DNA of 64,000 nt from Bacteroidales bacterium (GTDB lineage Bacteria > Bacteroidota > Bacteroidia > Bacteroidales > VadinHA17). Below, piece by piece: positions 9,820-19,125 of this stretch. The stretch lies in assembly GCA_034002785.1 (NCBI GenBank), contig JAVEZX010000003.1, forward strand, positions 831 to 64,830. The letters run 5' to 3'. How positions within the stretch are numbered: the stretch's first letter is position 1; each line of letters begins with the position of its first letter. The notes below the pieces were generated by a model. That model worked only from the letters and a program-made list of their open reading frames with translations, had not been told where the DNA came from and searched no databases. The position numbers and the translations under genes are program-made.

Positions 9820-10598
9820 ATATCAGACATCTGACAACAGTAATCATTTTCCTTGCCCTGCTGGTGCAGGTCAATGCCCAGAAGATTAAAACCGCAGGGT
9901 ACAAGCAGCCTGAGGTTGAAGTGGGCGTCATTGAGCATCTTGGCGATACAATCCCGCTTGACCTGTGGTTTTACAATGAGGATAGTGAACAGGTCACCCT
10001 CAGGTCACTGATTGACAGACCTACTATCATGAGTTTTGTCTACTTTGACTGTCCCAACCTGTGCAGTCCGCTGATGGATGGCATTGCAGATGTGGTGGGC
10101 AAGATGGACATGACGCTGGGGACTGAATACAAGGTGATAACAATCAGCTTCAATACAAGTGACACTCCTGAGAAGGCGAAAGAGAAGAAGCAGAACTTTG
10201 TACAGAGGATCAGCAAGGAGAACCAGAAGGACTGGATCTATCTCACAGGCACTGAAGAGAATATCAGTGCCATAACCGCTGCGGCCGGATATAAATACAC
10301 TCCGCAGGGTCTTGATTTTGCTCATCCGTCTGTGATAATGGTTGTCAGTCCTGCCGGCAAGATCACGCGTTACCTGTATGGGCTCACCTATCTTCCCTTT
10401 GATGTGAAGATGGCCATTATTGAGGCCCAGAAAGGGATAGCGAGACCGACAGCCAACCGCATTCTTGAATACTGTTTTGCCTATAACCCCGCAAGTCAGA
10501 CCTACACTCTGCAGGTAACAAGAATTGTGGGTATCATAACAATCTTCTTCCTGGTACTGATCATGGTTATCCTTCTGGTCAGGAGGAGAAAAAAATAA
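9816..10598 (+). CDS. SCO1/SenC family copper chaperone (thioredoxin fold)
   Basis: FVYFDCPNLCSPL carries the CxxxC copper motif of SCO1. It has an N-terminal signal and a C-terminal hydrophobic segment followed by RRRKK. Confidence 0.85.
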   Translation: MNIRHLTTVIIFLALLVQVNAQKIKTAGYKQPEVEVGVIEHLGDTIPLDLWFYNEDSEQVTLRSLIDRPTIMSFVYFDCPNLCSPLMDGIADVVGKMDMTLGTEYKVITISFNTSDTPEKAKEKKQNFVQRISKENQKDWIYLTGTEENISAITAAAGYKYTPQGLDFAHPSVIMVVSPAGKITRYLYGLTYLPFDVKMAIIEAQKGIARPTANRILEYCFAYNPASQTYTLQVTRIVGIITIFFLVLIMVILLVRRRKK

Positions 10599-10610
10599 AT
10601 CCGTTTGAAT

Positions 10611-12230
10611 ATGGGAAACGAAGCAGAGGTAAGTTACCTGGAATACCAGGGAAGGCACAAAGGGATATGGTCATGGCTTCTTAGCACTGACCACAAGCGG
10701 ATAGGACTGCTGTACCTGTATGCGGTGATATTTTTCTTTTTTGTGGCAGCCACGCTGGGTCTTCTGATGCGCATCGAGCTGATAGCTCCGGGGCGCACAA
10801 TAATGGAGCCGCAGACCTATAACGGGATGTTTACGATACACGGGATCATAATGATCTTTGTGATTGTAATACCCGGGCTGGCGGCAGTATTCGGCAACTT
10901 TTTCCTGCCGATACTCATCGGGGCCAGGGATGTGGCCTTCCCGAAACTGAATCTCTTCTCATGGTATCTGTACATGATCGGAGCGCTGTTGGGAGTTGCG
11001 TCACAGTTCTTCGGAAGCGGGCCACCCGACACGGGATGGACATTCTACGTGCCTTACAGCGTGGAGTCGGCCACAAGTGTCATATGGGCCCTCACTGCTG
11101 CCTTCATACTGGGCTTCTCATCGATACTTACCGGGTTGAATTTCATTGTCACAATCCACCGGATGAGGGCGCCCGGGATGAAGTGGATGAGGATGCCCCT
11201 GTTCCCGTGGGCGCTTTATGCCACAGCCTGGATACAGGTGCTGGCCACTCCGATAGTTGGGATCACACTGATTATGGTAATAGCTGAGAGGGTCCTCAAC
11301 ATAGGATTCTTTGATCCTGCTCTTGGCGGCGACCCGGTTCTGTTCCAGCATCTCTTCTGGATCTATTCGCACCCGGCAGTGTACATCATGATTCTGCCTG
11401 CAATGGGTGTTGTCACGGAGATCTTCCCCACTTTCAGCCAGAAGCCTGTCTTCGGCTACGGCGCCATTGTGATCTCCAGCCTTGCCATAGCTTTCGTCGG
11501 TTATTTCGTCTGGGGCCACCATATGTTCACCTCCGGCATGAGTTACTATGCCAGGTGGTTCTTCTCATTCCTTACATTCATCGTTGCCATACCCAGCGCA
11601 ATCAAGGTATTCAACTGGATATCAACAATGTATGGCGGGTCTATTGACCTCAAACCTCCATTGCTCTATGCCATTTCCTTTATTTTCCTCTTCCTCATCG
11701 GTGGTTTCACAGGCCTGGTTCTCGGGGCACTTGCAACGAACGTACAGACACATGACACAGCATTTGTAGTTGCCCACTTCCATTATATTATATTCGGAGG
11801 GATGGGATTCTCCTTCTTCGCGGCAATCCATTACTGGTTTCCCAAGATGTACGGAAAGATGTACAACAACAGGGTTGCAAACATTGCATGGGGTTTCAAC
11901 TTCGTGGGGTTCAATCTTCTCTACTTTCCGCAGTTCATCATCGGGATACAGGGGATGCCCAGGCGCTCGTACGATTACCTGCCTCAGTTTGAAACGGGGC
12001 ATCTGCTCTCAACAGTCGGGGCCTTCATTCTGATTACGGGGCTGATACTCATGGTAATCAATCTCATGGTTGCAGCCAGGCGCGGGGCGAAGGCACCTGC
12101 CAATCCATGGCACGGTGTCACCCTCGAGTGGAAGATTCCCTCTCCCCCGCCGCATGAGAACTTTGACGAGATTCCCGAGATAACCACGAAGCCATACCTC
12201 TTCGGCACCAGGGACAAGAACAAAGAGTAA
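10611..12230 (+). CDS. ctaD: cytochrome c oxidase subunit I, A2-type heme-copper oxidase
   Basis: Conserved blocks [50 protein letters not shown] and [12 protein letters not shown] chose ATG 10611; the track ORF starts at TTG 10605. Confidence 0.95.
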   Translation: MGNEAEVSYLEYQGRHKGIWSWLLSTDHKRIGLLYLYAVIFFFFVAATLGLLMRIELIAPGRTIMEPQTYNGMFTIHGIIMIFVIVIPGLAAVFGNFFLPILIGARDVAFPKLNLFSWYLYMIGALLGVASQFFGSGPPDTGWTFYVPYSVESATSVIWALTAAFILGFSSILTGLNFIVTIHRMRAPGMKWMRMPLFPWALYATAWIQVLATPIVGITLIMVIAERVLNIGFFDPALGGDPVLFQHLFWIYSHPAVYIMILPAMGVVTEIFPTFSQKPVFGYGAIVISSLAIAFVGYFVWGHHMFTSGMSYYARWFFSFLTFIVAIPSAIKVFNWISTMYGGSIDLKPPLLYAISFIFLFLIGGFTGLVLGALATNVQTHDTAFVVAHFHYIIFGGMGFSFFAAIHYWFPKMYGKMYNNRVANIAWGFNFVGFNLLYFPQFIIGIQGMPRRSYDYLPQFETGHLLSTVGAFILITGLILMVINLMVAARRGAKAPANPWHGVTLEWKIPSPPPHENFDEIPEITTKPYLFGTRDKNKE

Positions 12231-12237
12231 GATATCC

Positions 12238-12852
12238 ATGACAGATAATCATACCCATACAGAGCATATTGACAGCGAGACCGGGAAGCTGGGAATGTGG
12301 ATATTTCTTTTCACAGAGCTCTTCCTGTTTGGCGGTCTCTTCCTCGTCTATGCCATATTCAGGGCAAAATACTCAGCTGACTTTCATATTGCCGCGGCTG
12401 AGCTAAACGCATTCATAGGCACCATTAATACCGTCTTCCTGCTTGTCAGCAGTATGACAGCGGCAATGGCGCTTACCGCGATACAGAAAGGAGATAAACG
12501 TCTGACCATCTTCCTGTTGCTGGTGACAATTCTTCTTGCGGCCCTGTTCATGGTAAACAAGTACTTCGAGTGGTCACACAAGTTTGAATACGGCATCTGG
12601 CCAGGCTCCCCTGTTCTGAAGAACATGTCGCACGGCGAACTCCTGTTTTTCGGGCTGTACTATATGATGACAGGGCTGCATGCACTTCATGTGCTGATCG
12701 GGATGATCCTGCTCTCAATCAACGTGGTGAAGGTAAAAACAGGCGCAGTAAACAGCAGCAGGTTCCTGATGCTAGAGAACAGTGCGCTCTACTGGCACCT
12801 TGTTGACCTGATATGGATATTCCTCTTTCCTCTTCTTTACCTTATAACCTGA
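12238..12852 (+). CDS. ctaE: cytochrome c oxidase subunit III (short, 5-helix type)
   Basis: 204-aa hydrophobic protein after subunit I. GMWIFLFTELFLFGGLF and YWHLVDLIWIFLFPLLY are characteristic subunit III motifs. Confidence 0.85.
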   Translation: MTDNHTHTEHIDSETGKLGMWIFLFTELFLFGGLFLVYAIFRAKYSADFHIAAAELNAFIGTINTVFLLVSSMTAAMALTAIQKGDKRLTIFLLLVTILLAALFMVNKYFEWSHKFEYGIWPGSPVLKNMSHGELLFFGLYYMMTGLHALHVLIGMILLSINVVKVKTGAVNSSRFLMLENSALYWHLVDLIWIFLFPLLYLIT

Positions 12853-12859
12853 GAGAGAC

Positions 12860-13144
12860 ATGAATAACGACGAAAAACATATTTCATCCTACCAGTCGCT
12901 TGTGATTGTACTGGTGATACTGCTGTTTCTTACAACAATCTCAGTACTTGTCACGGGATTTCACCTTGGAGCCCTGACTGTAGCGGTGGCCCTGCTGATT
13001 GCCAGCGTCAAGGTATATATCGTACTCACCCAGTTCATGCATCTGAAGTTTGAGAACCGTTTTCTCCGGCTGGCTGTGACCGGGGTGTTTGCGCTGTTTG
13101 CAGTAGTGACAATAATAACATTCATTGATTATTATTTCAGATAA
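12860..13144 (+). CDS. prokaryotic cytochrome oxidase subunit IV family protein
   Basis: 94-aa protein with 3 helices, positioned after subunit III. The N-terminal KHISSYQSLV...LLFLT resembles the COX4_pro family. Confidence 0.6.
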   Translation: MNNDEKHISSYQSLVIVLVILLFLTTISVLVTGFHLGALTVAVALLIASVKVYIVLTQFMHLKFENRFLRLAVTGVFALFAVVTIITFIDYYFR

Positions 13145-13155
13145 AAAGCACTGAT

Positions 13156-14085
13156 ATGTTCAATGGAGCATCAAATCTTGCAGAAGGAGTAGACCAGGCA
13201 TTCCTGTTCATCTTTATAATCGCCTTCATCTTCATAGTGGGGATAACTGCCTTCATGATCTGGACCGTGATCCATTTTTCCCGCAAGAAGGGGAAGGAAG
13301 CGAAGCAGTTCGAAGGGAGCATGAAGCTCGAGGTTTTGTGGACGGTTGTGCCACTTATACTTGTGATGTTAATGTTCTGGATCGGCTGGAAGGGCTTTGC
13401 TCCGATGCGAAAGGTTCCGGCCGATGCGATGGTCATAACAGCAATCGGCAGGATGTGGGAGTGGGAATTCATTTACAGTGACAGCCTGAGGTCGAAGGAA
13501 CTGGTACTTCCGATCAACAAGCCTGTCAAGCTGGAGCTTGTATCCGAGGATGTCAATCACAGTCTCTTCATCCCCGCCTTCAGGGTCAAGGAGGATGTGA
13601 TACCGGGATACGACAACTACCTGTGGTTCACGCCTAACTATATTGGCGACTATGAGATCCTCTGTACCGAATATTGCGGGCTTCTGCACTCGGCTATGGT
13701 GTCAAAGACGAAAATAGTAGAGCAGGAGGAGTACGACGCCTGGTACGAAGAGCTTAAAACAGCATCCTTCATCCCTGAGCCGGAAGGTCTTAAGCTGCTG
13801 CGCGGAACGGGCTGCCTGGCGTGCCATTCACTTGACGGTGCAAAACTTGTTGGTCCTTCATTTGCCGGCCTGTATGGCTCGCAGCGAACAGTTAACGAGG
13901 GGAACACCCCAAAAACCGTGACAGCTGATGAGGCCTACATTACAAGCTCAGTCTATGACCCGAACCTACAGATTGTTGAAGGTTTTGCAAGGAACCTTAT
14001 GCAGTCGTACCGCGAGCTGCTCACCGAAGAGCAGATAGCCATCATGACCGAGTATCTCAAAACGATAGGCAAGGATGCCGAATGA
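13156..14085 (+). CDS. ctaC: cytochrome c oxidase subunit II with fused C-terminal cytochrome c domain (caa3-type)
   Basis: Two N-terminal TM helices. The CuA site is DVNHS...CTEYCGLLHSAM, and a C-terminal CLACH heme c motif is present. Confidence 0.9.
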   Translation: MFNGASNLAEGVDQAFLFIFIIAFIFIVGITAFMIWTVIHFSRKKGKEAKQFEGSMKLEVLWTVVPLILVMLMFWIGWKGFAPMRKVPADAMVITAIGRMWEWEFIYSDSLRSKELVLPINKPVKLELVSEDVNHSLFIPAFRVKEDVIPGYDNYLWFTPNYIGDYEILCTEYCGLLHSAMVSKTKIVEQEEYDAWYEELKTASFIPEPEGLKLLRGTGCLACHSLDGAKLVGPSFAGLYGSQRTVNEGNTPKTVTADEAYITSSVYDPNLQIVEGFARNLMQSYRELLTEEQIAIMTEYLKTIGKDAE

Positions 14086-14935
14086 GAGGATGACAGTCGC
14101 CATGATTGCGGAGCTTACCAAGTGGAAGCTCTCACTGGCAGTTGCATTCTCAGCCGTAACCGGATACCTGATTTTTGACGGCAGAAGCGAAAGCGGGCTT
14201 GTGCCGGTTGCTGCGGGCGTCTTTCTACTCTCATCAGGCGCTGCGGCTCTCAACCAATATACAGAGAGGAAGAGTGATGCGCTCATGGAACGCACAGCCG
14301 GCCGGCCTCTCCCCTCCGGCCGGATGACGCCTCGCAGGGCTGTTCCGACAGCAGTAATTCTGTTGCTTTCCGGTTCAGTATTATTAGGGATCAGCGGCCT
14401 TATGCCATTTGTTCTCGGGCTGGCCAATGTACTTCTGTACAATGTTATCTACACCGGACTTAAGAAGGTAACAGCCCTCGCAATCATCCCCGGCGCCCTT
14501 GTTGGAGCCGTCCCTCCGCTTATAGGATATACGGCAGCAGGCGGAGTAGTAACAGACACTGTAATTCTTCTCTTTGCCCTCTTCATGTTCCTCTGGCAGA
14601 TCCCTCACTTCTGGCTGCTGCTGGTCAGATACGGCATTGAATATGAGAAAGCCGGTATCAGGACGATCTACGGCTCGATGAGTACCGCTCAGATTAACCG
14701 GCTCGTGCTGTTATGGATCACGGGATCATCCATTCTACTCTGGATACTCACCGGATTGCTGTTGACCATCGGGGTGCCGGTTGCCGTTTTGTTGCTTGTT
14801 CTCAACATCGCCTTCATTGCTGCTTTCAGCCGGATCATCAAAGTTCCGGATGCCGGAGGCAGATCGAGGAATGCATTTATACTGATAAACTCATTCTCAC
14901 TGCTGATCATGATTATACTGATTGCAGCTTCATGA
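14075..14935 (+). CDS. ctaB: protoheme IX farnesyltransferase (heme O synthase)
   Basis: UbiA-type polytopic protein with ALNQYTERKSDALMERTAGRPLPSGRM. It overlaps the subunit II stop by 11 nt. Confidence 0.9.
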   Translation: MPNERMTVAMIAELTKWKLSLAVAFSAVTGYLIFDGRSESGLVPVAAGVFLLSSGAAALNQYTERKSDALMERTAGRPLPSGRMTPRRAVPTAVILLLSGSVLLGISGLMPFVLGLANVLLYNVIYTGLKKVTALAIIPGALVGAVPPLIGYTAAGGVVTDTVILLFALFMFLWQIPHFWLLLVRYGIEYEKAGIRTIYGSMSTAQINRLVLLWITGSSILLWILTGLLLTIGVPVAVLLLVLNIAFIAAFSRIIKVPDAGGRSRNAFILINSFSLLIMIILIAAS

Positions 14936-14973
14936 ATAATATTATTCCAGTCAACATCAATCACACCTCCGTA

Positions 14974-15834
14974 ATGAAAGTCAAAACGCTTATAACAGTT
15001 TTTCTATTGGTTACAATATCATGCGGACCACTCTTTTCTCAGGCCAGCGCTGAAGGTATTCAGACATCAGGGCCTTTGTCAGGTACCCTGGTCATTGCAG
15101 GCGGCGGAAGGCTTTCGGATGATATCATTGACCGGTTCATAGAGCTTGCCGGTGGTGCATCAGCCAGGATTGTATTGGTGCCCACAGCCGCTGGTTCAGA
15201 GAGTTATCCTGACAGCCTGGGCGATATGTTCAGGTCACGTGGTGCAGGCAAGGTGACTGTGATGCATACTGACAACAGGGACACTGCTGACAGCAGGGTT
15301 TTCACCCGGCCGCTTGAAGAGGCAACAGGTGTCTGGTTTGGCGGCGGACGGCAGTGGAGGCTGGTCGATTCCTACATGGGTACCCGCAGCGAGAAGATGT
15401 TCAGGCAGGTACTTGACCGCGGGGGTGTCATAGGAGGCTCATCTGCAGGTGCAACAATACAGGGATCATTCCTGGCAAGAGGTGACACGCAGAATAACCA
15501 GGTAATGATGGGAGATCACCAGGAGGGCTTCGGTTATATCAGCAACATAGCAATAGATCAGCATGTACTTGCACGGAACCGGCAGTTCGACATGTACGGC
15601 ATCCTCCGCCAGCATCCCGGGCTGCTCGGGATAGGTATTGATGAAAACACGGCTGTTGTTGTGCGGGGTGACACCATGGAGGTGATCGGCTCAAGCTATG
15701 TCCTGATATATGACGGAACATTCTGGTCGCGTGAAGGCAGTGACCTGAAGATACTGCCATCTGAAGAGACTCTTTTCTATATGCTCAGACGCGGTGACAG
15801 GTATGACCTGAGACAGAGAAAAACTGTCAATTGA
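14974..15834 (+). CDS. exported peptidase S51 / cyanophycinase-like protein
   Basis: Signal peptide MKVKTLITVFLLVTISC..., LVIAGGGRL...IVLVPTAAGS, and nucleophile block GGSSAGATIQG. I trimmed the start from track ORF 14713, which overlaps ctaB. Confidence 0.75.
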   Translation: MKVKTLITVFLLVTISCGPLFSQASAEGIQTSGPLSGTLVIAGGGRLSDDIIDRFIELAGGASARIVLVPTAAGSESYPDSLGDMFRSRGAGKVTVMHTDNRDTADSRVFTRPLEEATGVWFGGGRQWRLVDSYMGTRSEKMFRQVLDRGGVIGGSSAGATIQGSFLARGDTQNNQVMMGDHQEGFGYISNIAIDQHVLARNRQFDMYGILRQHPGLLGIGIDENTAVVVRGDTMEVIGSSYVLIYDGTFWSREGSDLKILPSEETLFYMLRRGDRYDLRQRKTVN

Positions 15835-15943
15835 AAACTGCTTGCATACTTTCCTTCTCATTAATCATTTACCGGTTGAATAACAGGATGCCATTTTCGG
15901 GCATTTCTGCTAACTTTAGTCACTCATTCAACATAACTTTCCT

Positions 15944-17506
15944 ATGAAGAAGATACTTTCACTTTCACTGATGCTGGCGGTTTGCTTCGCAGCATGGTCA
16001 CAACCTCTGACACCGGAACAGATAGACAAACTTGCAGAGCAGACATTAAAGGTCTTTAATGTTCCGGGTATTGCCGTGGCTGTGATCAAGGATGACCAGG
16101 TAATCCACATGAAGGGATACGGGGTAAGCTCCATTGCCACCGGGAAGAAGACAGATGCAAATACTCTTTTTGCAATTGCCTCCAACTCAAAAGCCTTTAC
16201 ATCAGCAGCTCTGGGGATCCTTGTTGACGAGGGGAAGCTGAAATGGGAAACGAAGGTCACTGACATCATACCGGAGTTCAGGCTCTACAACTCCTATGTA
16301 ACGGAAGACTTTAACATCAAGGATCTTCTTACTCACCGAAGCGGGATGGGGCTCGGGGCAGGAGACCTGATGCTCTGGCCCGACTCCTCGTCCTTTACCA
16401 GGGAAGAGATCATTCACAACCTGAGGTACCTGAAGCAGACCTCGTCATTCAGGACGAAGTATGATTATGACAATCTTCTTTATCTCGTTGCCGGTGAGGT
16501 AGTGCACCGCGTCTCAGGGCAGAGCTGGGAGGAATTCGTTGAGGAGAGGATCATGAAGCCGCTGGGGATGACAGGTTCGGCCGCTTCATACCACAGGGTC
16601 AGGGACAGGTCCAACCTGATGGATGCCCACATACCGGTGGAAGGTGTTCTTCAGGTGGTACCGATGTATCAGAGCAGCCTGTTTAATTCAGGTGCCGGTG
16701 TCATCAGCAGTGTTGCAGATATGAGCAAATGGGTCATGATGCATATTAACCGGGGCGGTTACGGTGAGAACAACGGCAAGCAGCTGATCAAAGAGGCAAC
16801 CCAGCGTGAAATGTGGACCCCGCAGACAATAATCCCGGTACGTAACCCGGGCCCGTACAGGAGTCATTTTTCCGCCTATGGACTTGGCTGGGGTCTGACC
16901 GATGTGGCAGGATACCTGCAGGCATCGCATACCGGCGGTCTGGGTGGTGTAGTAACGCAGGTAACGATTATACCCGAACTGAAGCTGGGTATCATTGTAT
17001 TTACAAACCAGCAGGAAGGCGCTGCCTTCACAGCCATAACAAACACCATCAAGGACGGTTACCTTGGGGTAAAAGGCAATGACTGGATCAAGACCCTGAA
17101 TGAAAACGTTGAGAGAAACCGTAAAGAGGCGAAGAGGATAACCGATGAGGTCTGGGCGAAAGTTGAAGCACAGAGATCAAAGAGCGGATCGCAGGTTGAT
17201 CCGGCAGTTTACACGGGTACGTACAATGATAATTGGTTTGGCGACATAGTTATCTCAGAGGCAGGAGGCAAACTTCGGTTCAGGTCAGTCAAATCTCCGC
17301 AACTGAGGGGAGACATGTTGTTCTATACCGGCAACACGTTCATCGTCAGGTGGGATGACCGGTCTATGGATGCTGACGCCTATGCTGTTTTCGCCCTCGA
17401 CAGGGAAGGAAAGGCTGAATCCCTGACAATGGAGGCTATCTCGCCACTGACCGACTTCAGCTATGACTTCCATGATCTCTTCCTGAAAAGAAAACCGGAG
17501 AAATGA
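15944..17506 (+). CDS. exported serine hydrolase, beta-lactamase/PBP4*-like family (copy 1)
   Basis: Signal peptide, SxxK motif ASNSKAFT, and a roughly 130-aa C-terminal extra domain. Confidence 0.85.
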   Translation: MKKILSLSLMLAVCFAAWSQPLTPEQIDKLAEQTLKVFNVPGIAVAVIKDDQVIHMKGYGVSSIATGKKTDANTLFAIASNSKAFTSAALGILVDEGKLKWETKVTDIIPEFRLYNSYVTEDFNIKDLLTHRSGMGLGAGDLMLWPDSSSFTREEIIHNLRYLKQTSSFRTKYDYDNLLYLVAGEVVHRVSGQSWEEFVEERIMKPLGMTGSAASYHRVRDRSNLMDAHIPVEGVLQVVPMYQSSLFNSGAGVISSVADMSKWVMMHINRGGYGENNGKQLIKEATQREMWTPQTIIPVRNPGPYRSHFSAYGLGWGLTDVAGYLQASHTGGLGGVVTQVTIIPELKLGIIVFTNQQEGAAFTAITNTIKDGYLGVKGNDWIKTLNENVERNRKEAKRITDEVWAKVEAQRSKSGSQVDPAVYTGTYNDNWFGDIVISEAGGKLRFRSVKSPQLRGDMLFYTGNTFIVRWDDRSMDADAYAVFALDREGKAESLTMEAISPLTDFSYDFHDLFLKRKPEK

Positions 17507-19089
17507 AACGTGCCCTTTCCGTTTTTCTGCTTGCGGCGCTTTTCATTACGGCTTCGGGGCAGCCTCTGACCGAAAAGCAGATCGACAGGCTCGTCAAGAG
17601 GGTCATGAAGGAGTTCAGCATCCCCGGTATCGCTGTGGCGGTTGTCAGGGATGACGTTGTGCTCCACATGAAGGGATACGGTGTGCGTTCGATTGCCACC
17701 CGGCAGAAAACGGATGAACATACCCTCTTCGCGATAGCGTCAAACACCAAAGCCTTCACGGTTGCTGCACTTGGTATTCTTATCGATGAAGGAAAGCTCA
17801 CCTGGGAAACGAAGGTCACTGAGGTCATCCCGGAGTTCAGGCTCTATAATTCTTACGTCACGGAGGACTTCATGATAAAGGATCTGCTGTGTCACCGCAG
17901 CGGCATGGGACTGGGAGCCGGCGACCTGATGTCATGGCCCGATTCCGCAATGTTCACTACCGGGGAAATAATTCACAACCTGAGGTACCTGAAACAGACA
18001 TCCTCATTCCGGACAAAATATGACTATGACAACCTTCTGTATATTGTTGCCGGTGAGGTGGTTGCACGCGTTTCCGGGATGAGCTGGGAGGCGTTTGTGG
18101 AAGAGCGTATTCTGGAGCCTCTGGAGATGGACGGGTCCTCCGCTTCTTTTCTAAGGATAGGGAACCTGGCAAATATCATCGATGCACATGTGCCCGTCGA
18201 CGGGAAACTGCAGGTGGTTGCAAAGCAGGAAGGGAAGATACACAACTCGGTGGGCGGCATCTACAGCAACATACACGACCTGAGCAAATGGGTCATGGTG
18301 CAGATGAATAATGGCAGGTATGGTCAGGATCTTGATAAACAAATATTTTCAAAGGAAGTGCACCACCAGATGTGGACACCTCAGACAGTCAAGCCGGTCA
18401 GCAGTGACACGCCCTACAGGACCAGTTTCGCAGCTTACGGTCTCGGGTGGAACCTTACGGACATTAATGGTTACCTGCAGGTCTATCACACAGGCAGTCA
18501 CGCAGGAATTGAAACCAGGGTAACGATGCTGCCAGAGCTCCGGCTTGGGATCATCGTTCTGACAAATCAACAGGAATCTGCGGCGCACCTGGCAGTTACA
18601 AACTCAATAATGGACGGATACCTGGGTGCCACCGGGAATGACTGGGTCGGGAAACTGAAGGAAAAGATGCTCAGGGAAAAGGCCGGCGCAAAAGAGATCA
18701 CTGACCGGGTGTGGGCAACTGTTGAAGCGAAGAGAAAGGAGACAACTCTAAGCATTGTCAATCAAGACTTTACCGGGACTTATACAGATGAATGGTTCGG
18801 TGATGTAGTGATCTCAGAAGAGAATGGCAGGCTGAGGTTCAGGGCTGTTAAATCTCCGAAGCTGAGGGGCGAAATGTTCCACTATACTGCAAACACGTTC
18901 ATAATTAAGTGGGATGACAGAAGCATGGACGCTGATGCTTTTGCAGTTTTCGTCCCGGACAGGGAGGGGAAGCCGTCGGCAATAACGATGGAGGCCGTCT
19001 CGCCTCTGAGTGACTTCAGTTATGACTTTCACGATCTGTACCTTAAAAGAAAGGAAAGCCGGGAAAAACCGCATCAGCCATCTCCATAA
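17503..19089 (+). CDS. exported serine hydrolase, beta-lactamase/PBP4*-like family (copy 2, tandem paralog)
   Basis: SxxK motif ASNTKAFT. It is collinear with the preceding gene along its whole length, with long identical runs such as IPEFRLYNSYVTEDF and LRYLKQTSSFRTKYDYDNLLY. Its start overlaps the preceding stop (ATGA). Confidence 0.85.
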   Translation: MKRALSVFLLAALFITASGQPLTEKQIDRLVKRVMKEFSIPGIAVAVVRDDVVLHMKGYGVRSIATRQKTDEHTLFAIASNTKAFTVAALGILIDEGKLTWETKVTEVIPEFRLYNSYVTEDFMIKDLLCHRSGMGLGAGDLMSWPDSAMFTTGEIIHNLRYLKQTSSFRTKYDYDNLLYIVAGEVVARVSGMSWEAFVEERILEPLEMDGSSASFLRIGNLANIIDAHVPVDGKLQVVAKQEGKIHNSVGGIYSNIHDLSKWVMVQMNNGRYGQDLDKQIFSKEVHHQMWTPQTVKPVSSDTPYRTSFAAYGLGWNLTDINGYLQVYHTGSHAGIETRVTMLPELRLGIIVLTNQQESAAHLAVTNSIMDGYLGATGNDWVGKLKEKMLREKAGAKEITDRVWATVEAKRKETTLSIVNQDFTGTYTDEWFGDVVISEENGRLRFRAVKSPKLRGEMFHYTANTFIIKWDDRSMDADAFAVFVPDREGKPSAITMEAVSPLSDFSYDFHDLYLKRKESREKPHQPSP

Positions 19090-19125
19090 GTGTTATTTTA
19101 GCATCAAAATCAGATACTCCGTCCA

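Noticed and set aside
14713-14973. N-terminal extensions of track ORFs: 14713 (S51 peptidase), 26122 (coiled-coil protein), 44713 (glyA), 46746 (ClC), 46631 (M16), 50677 (RelA/SpoT), 53486 (purA), 55306 (SPOR) and 61125 (pepD).
   Set aside because: The extensions overlap upstream genes or contain promoter boxes. The shorter starts yield canonical N-termini or signal peptides and expected protein lengths.
15928-16269. Two similar antisense ORFs (15928-16269 and 17457-17828) might be a conserved overlapping gene.
   Set aside because: Their similarity simply mirrors the tandem duplication of the sense-strand serine hydrolase genes. It is not independent evidence of coding.
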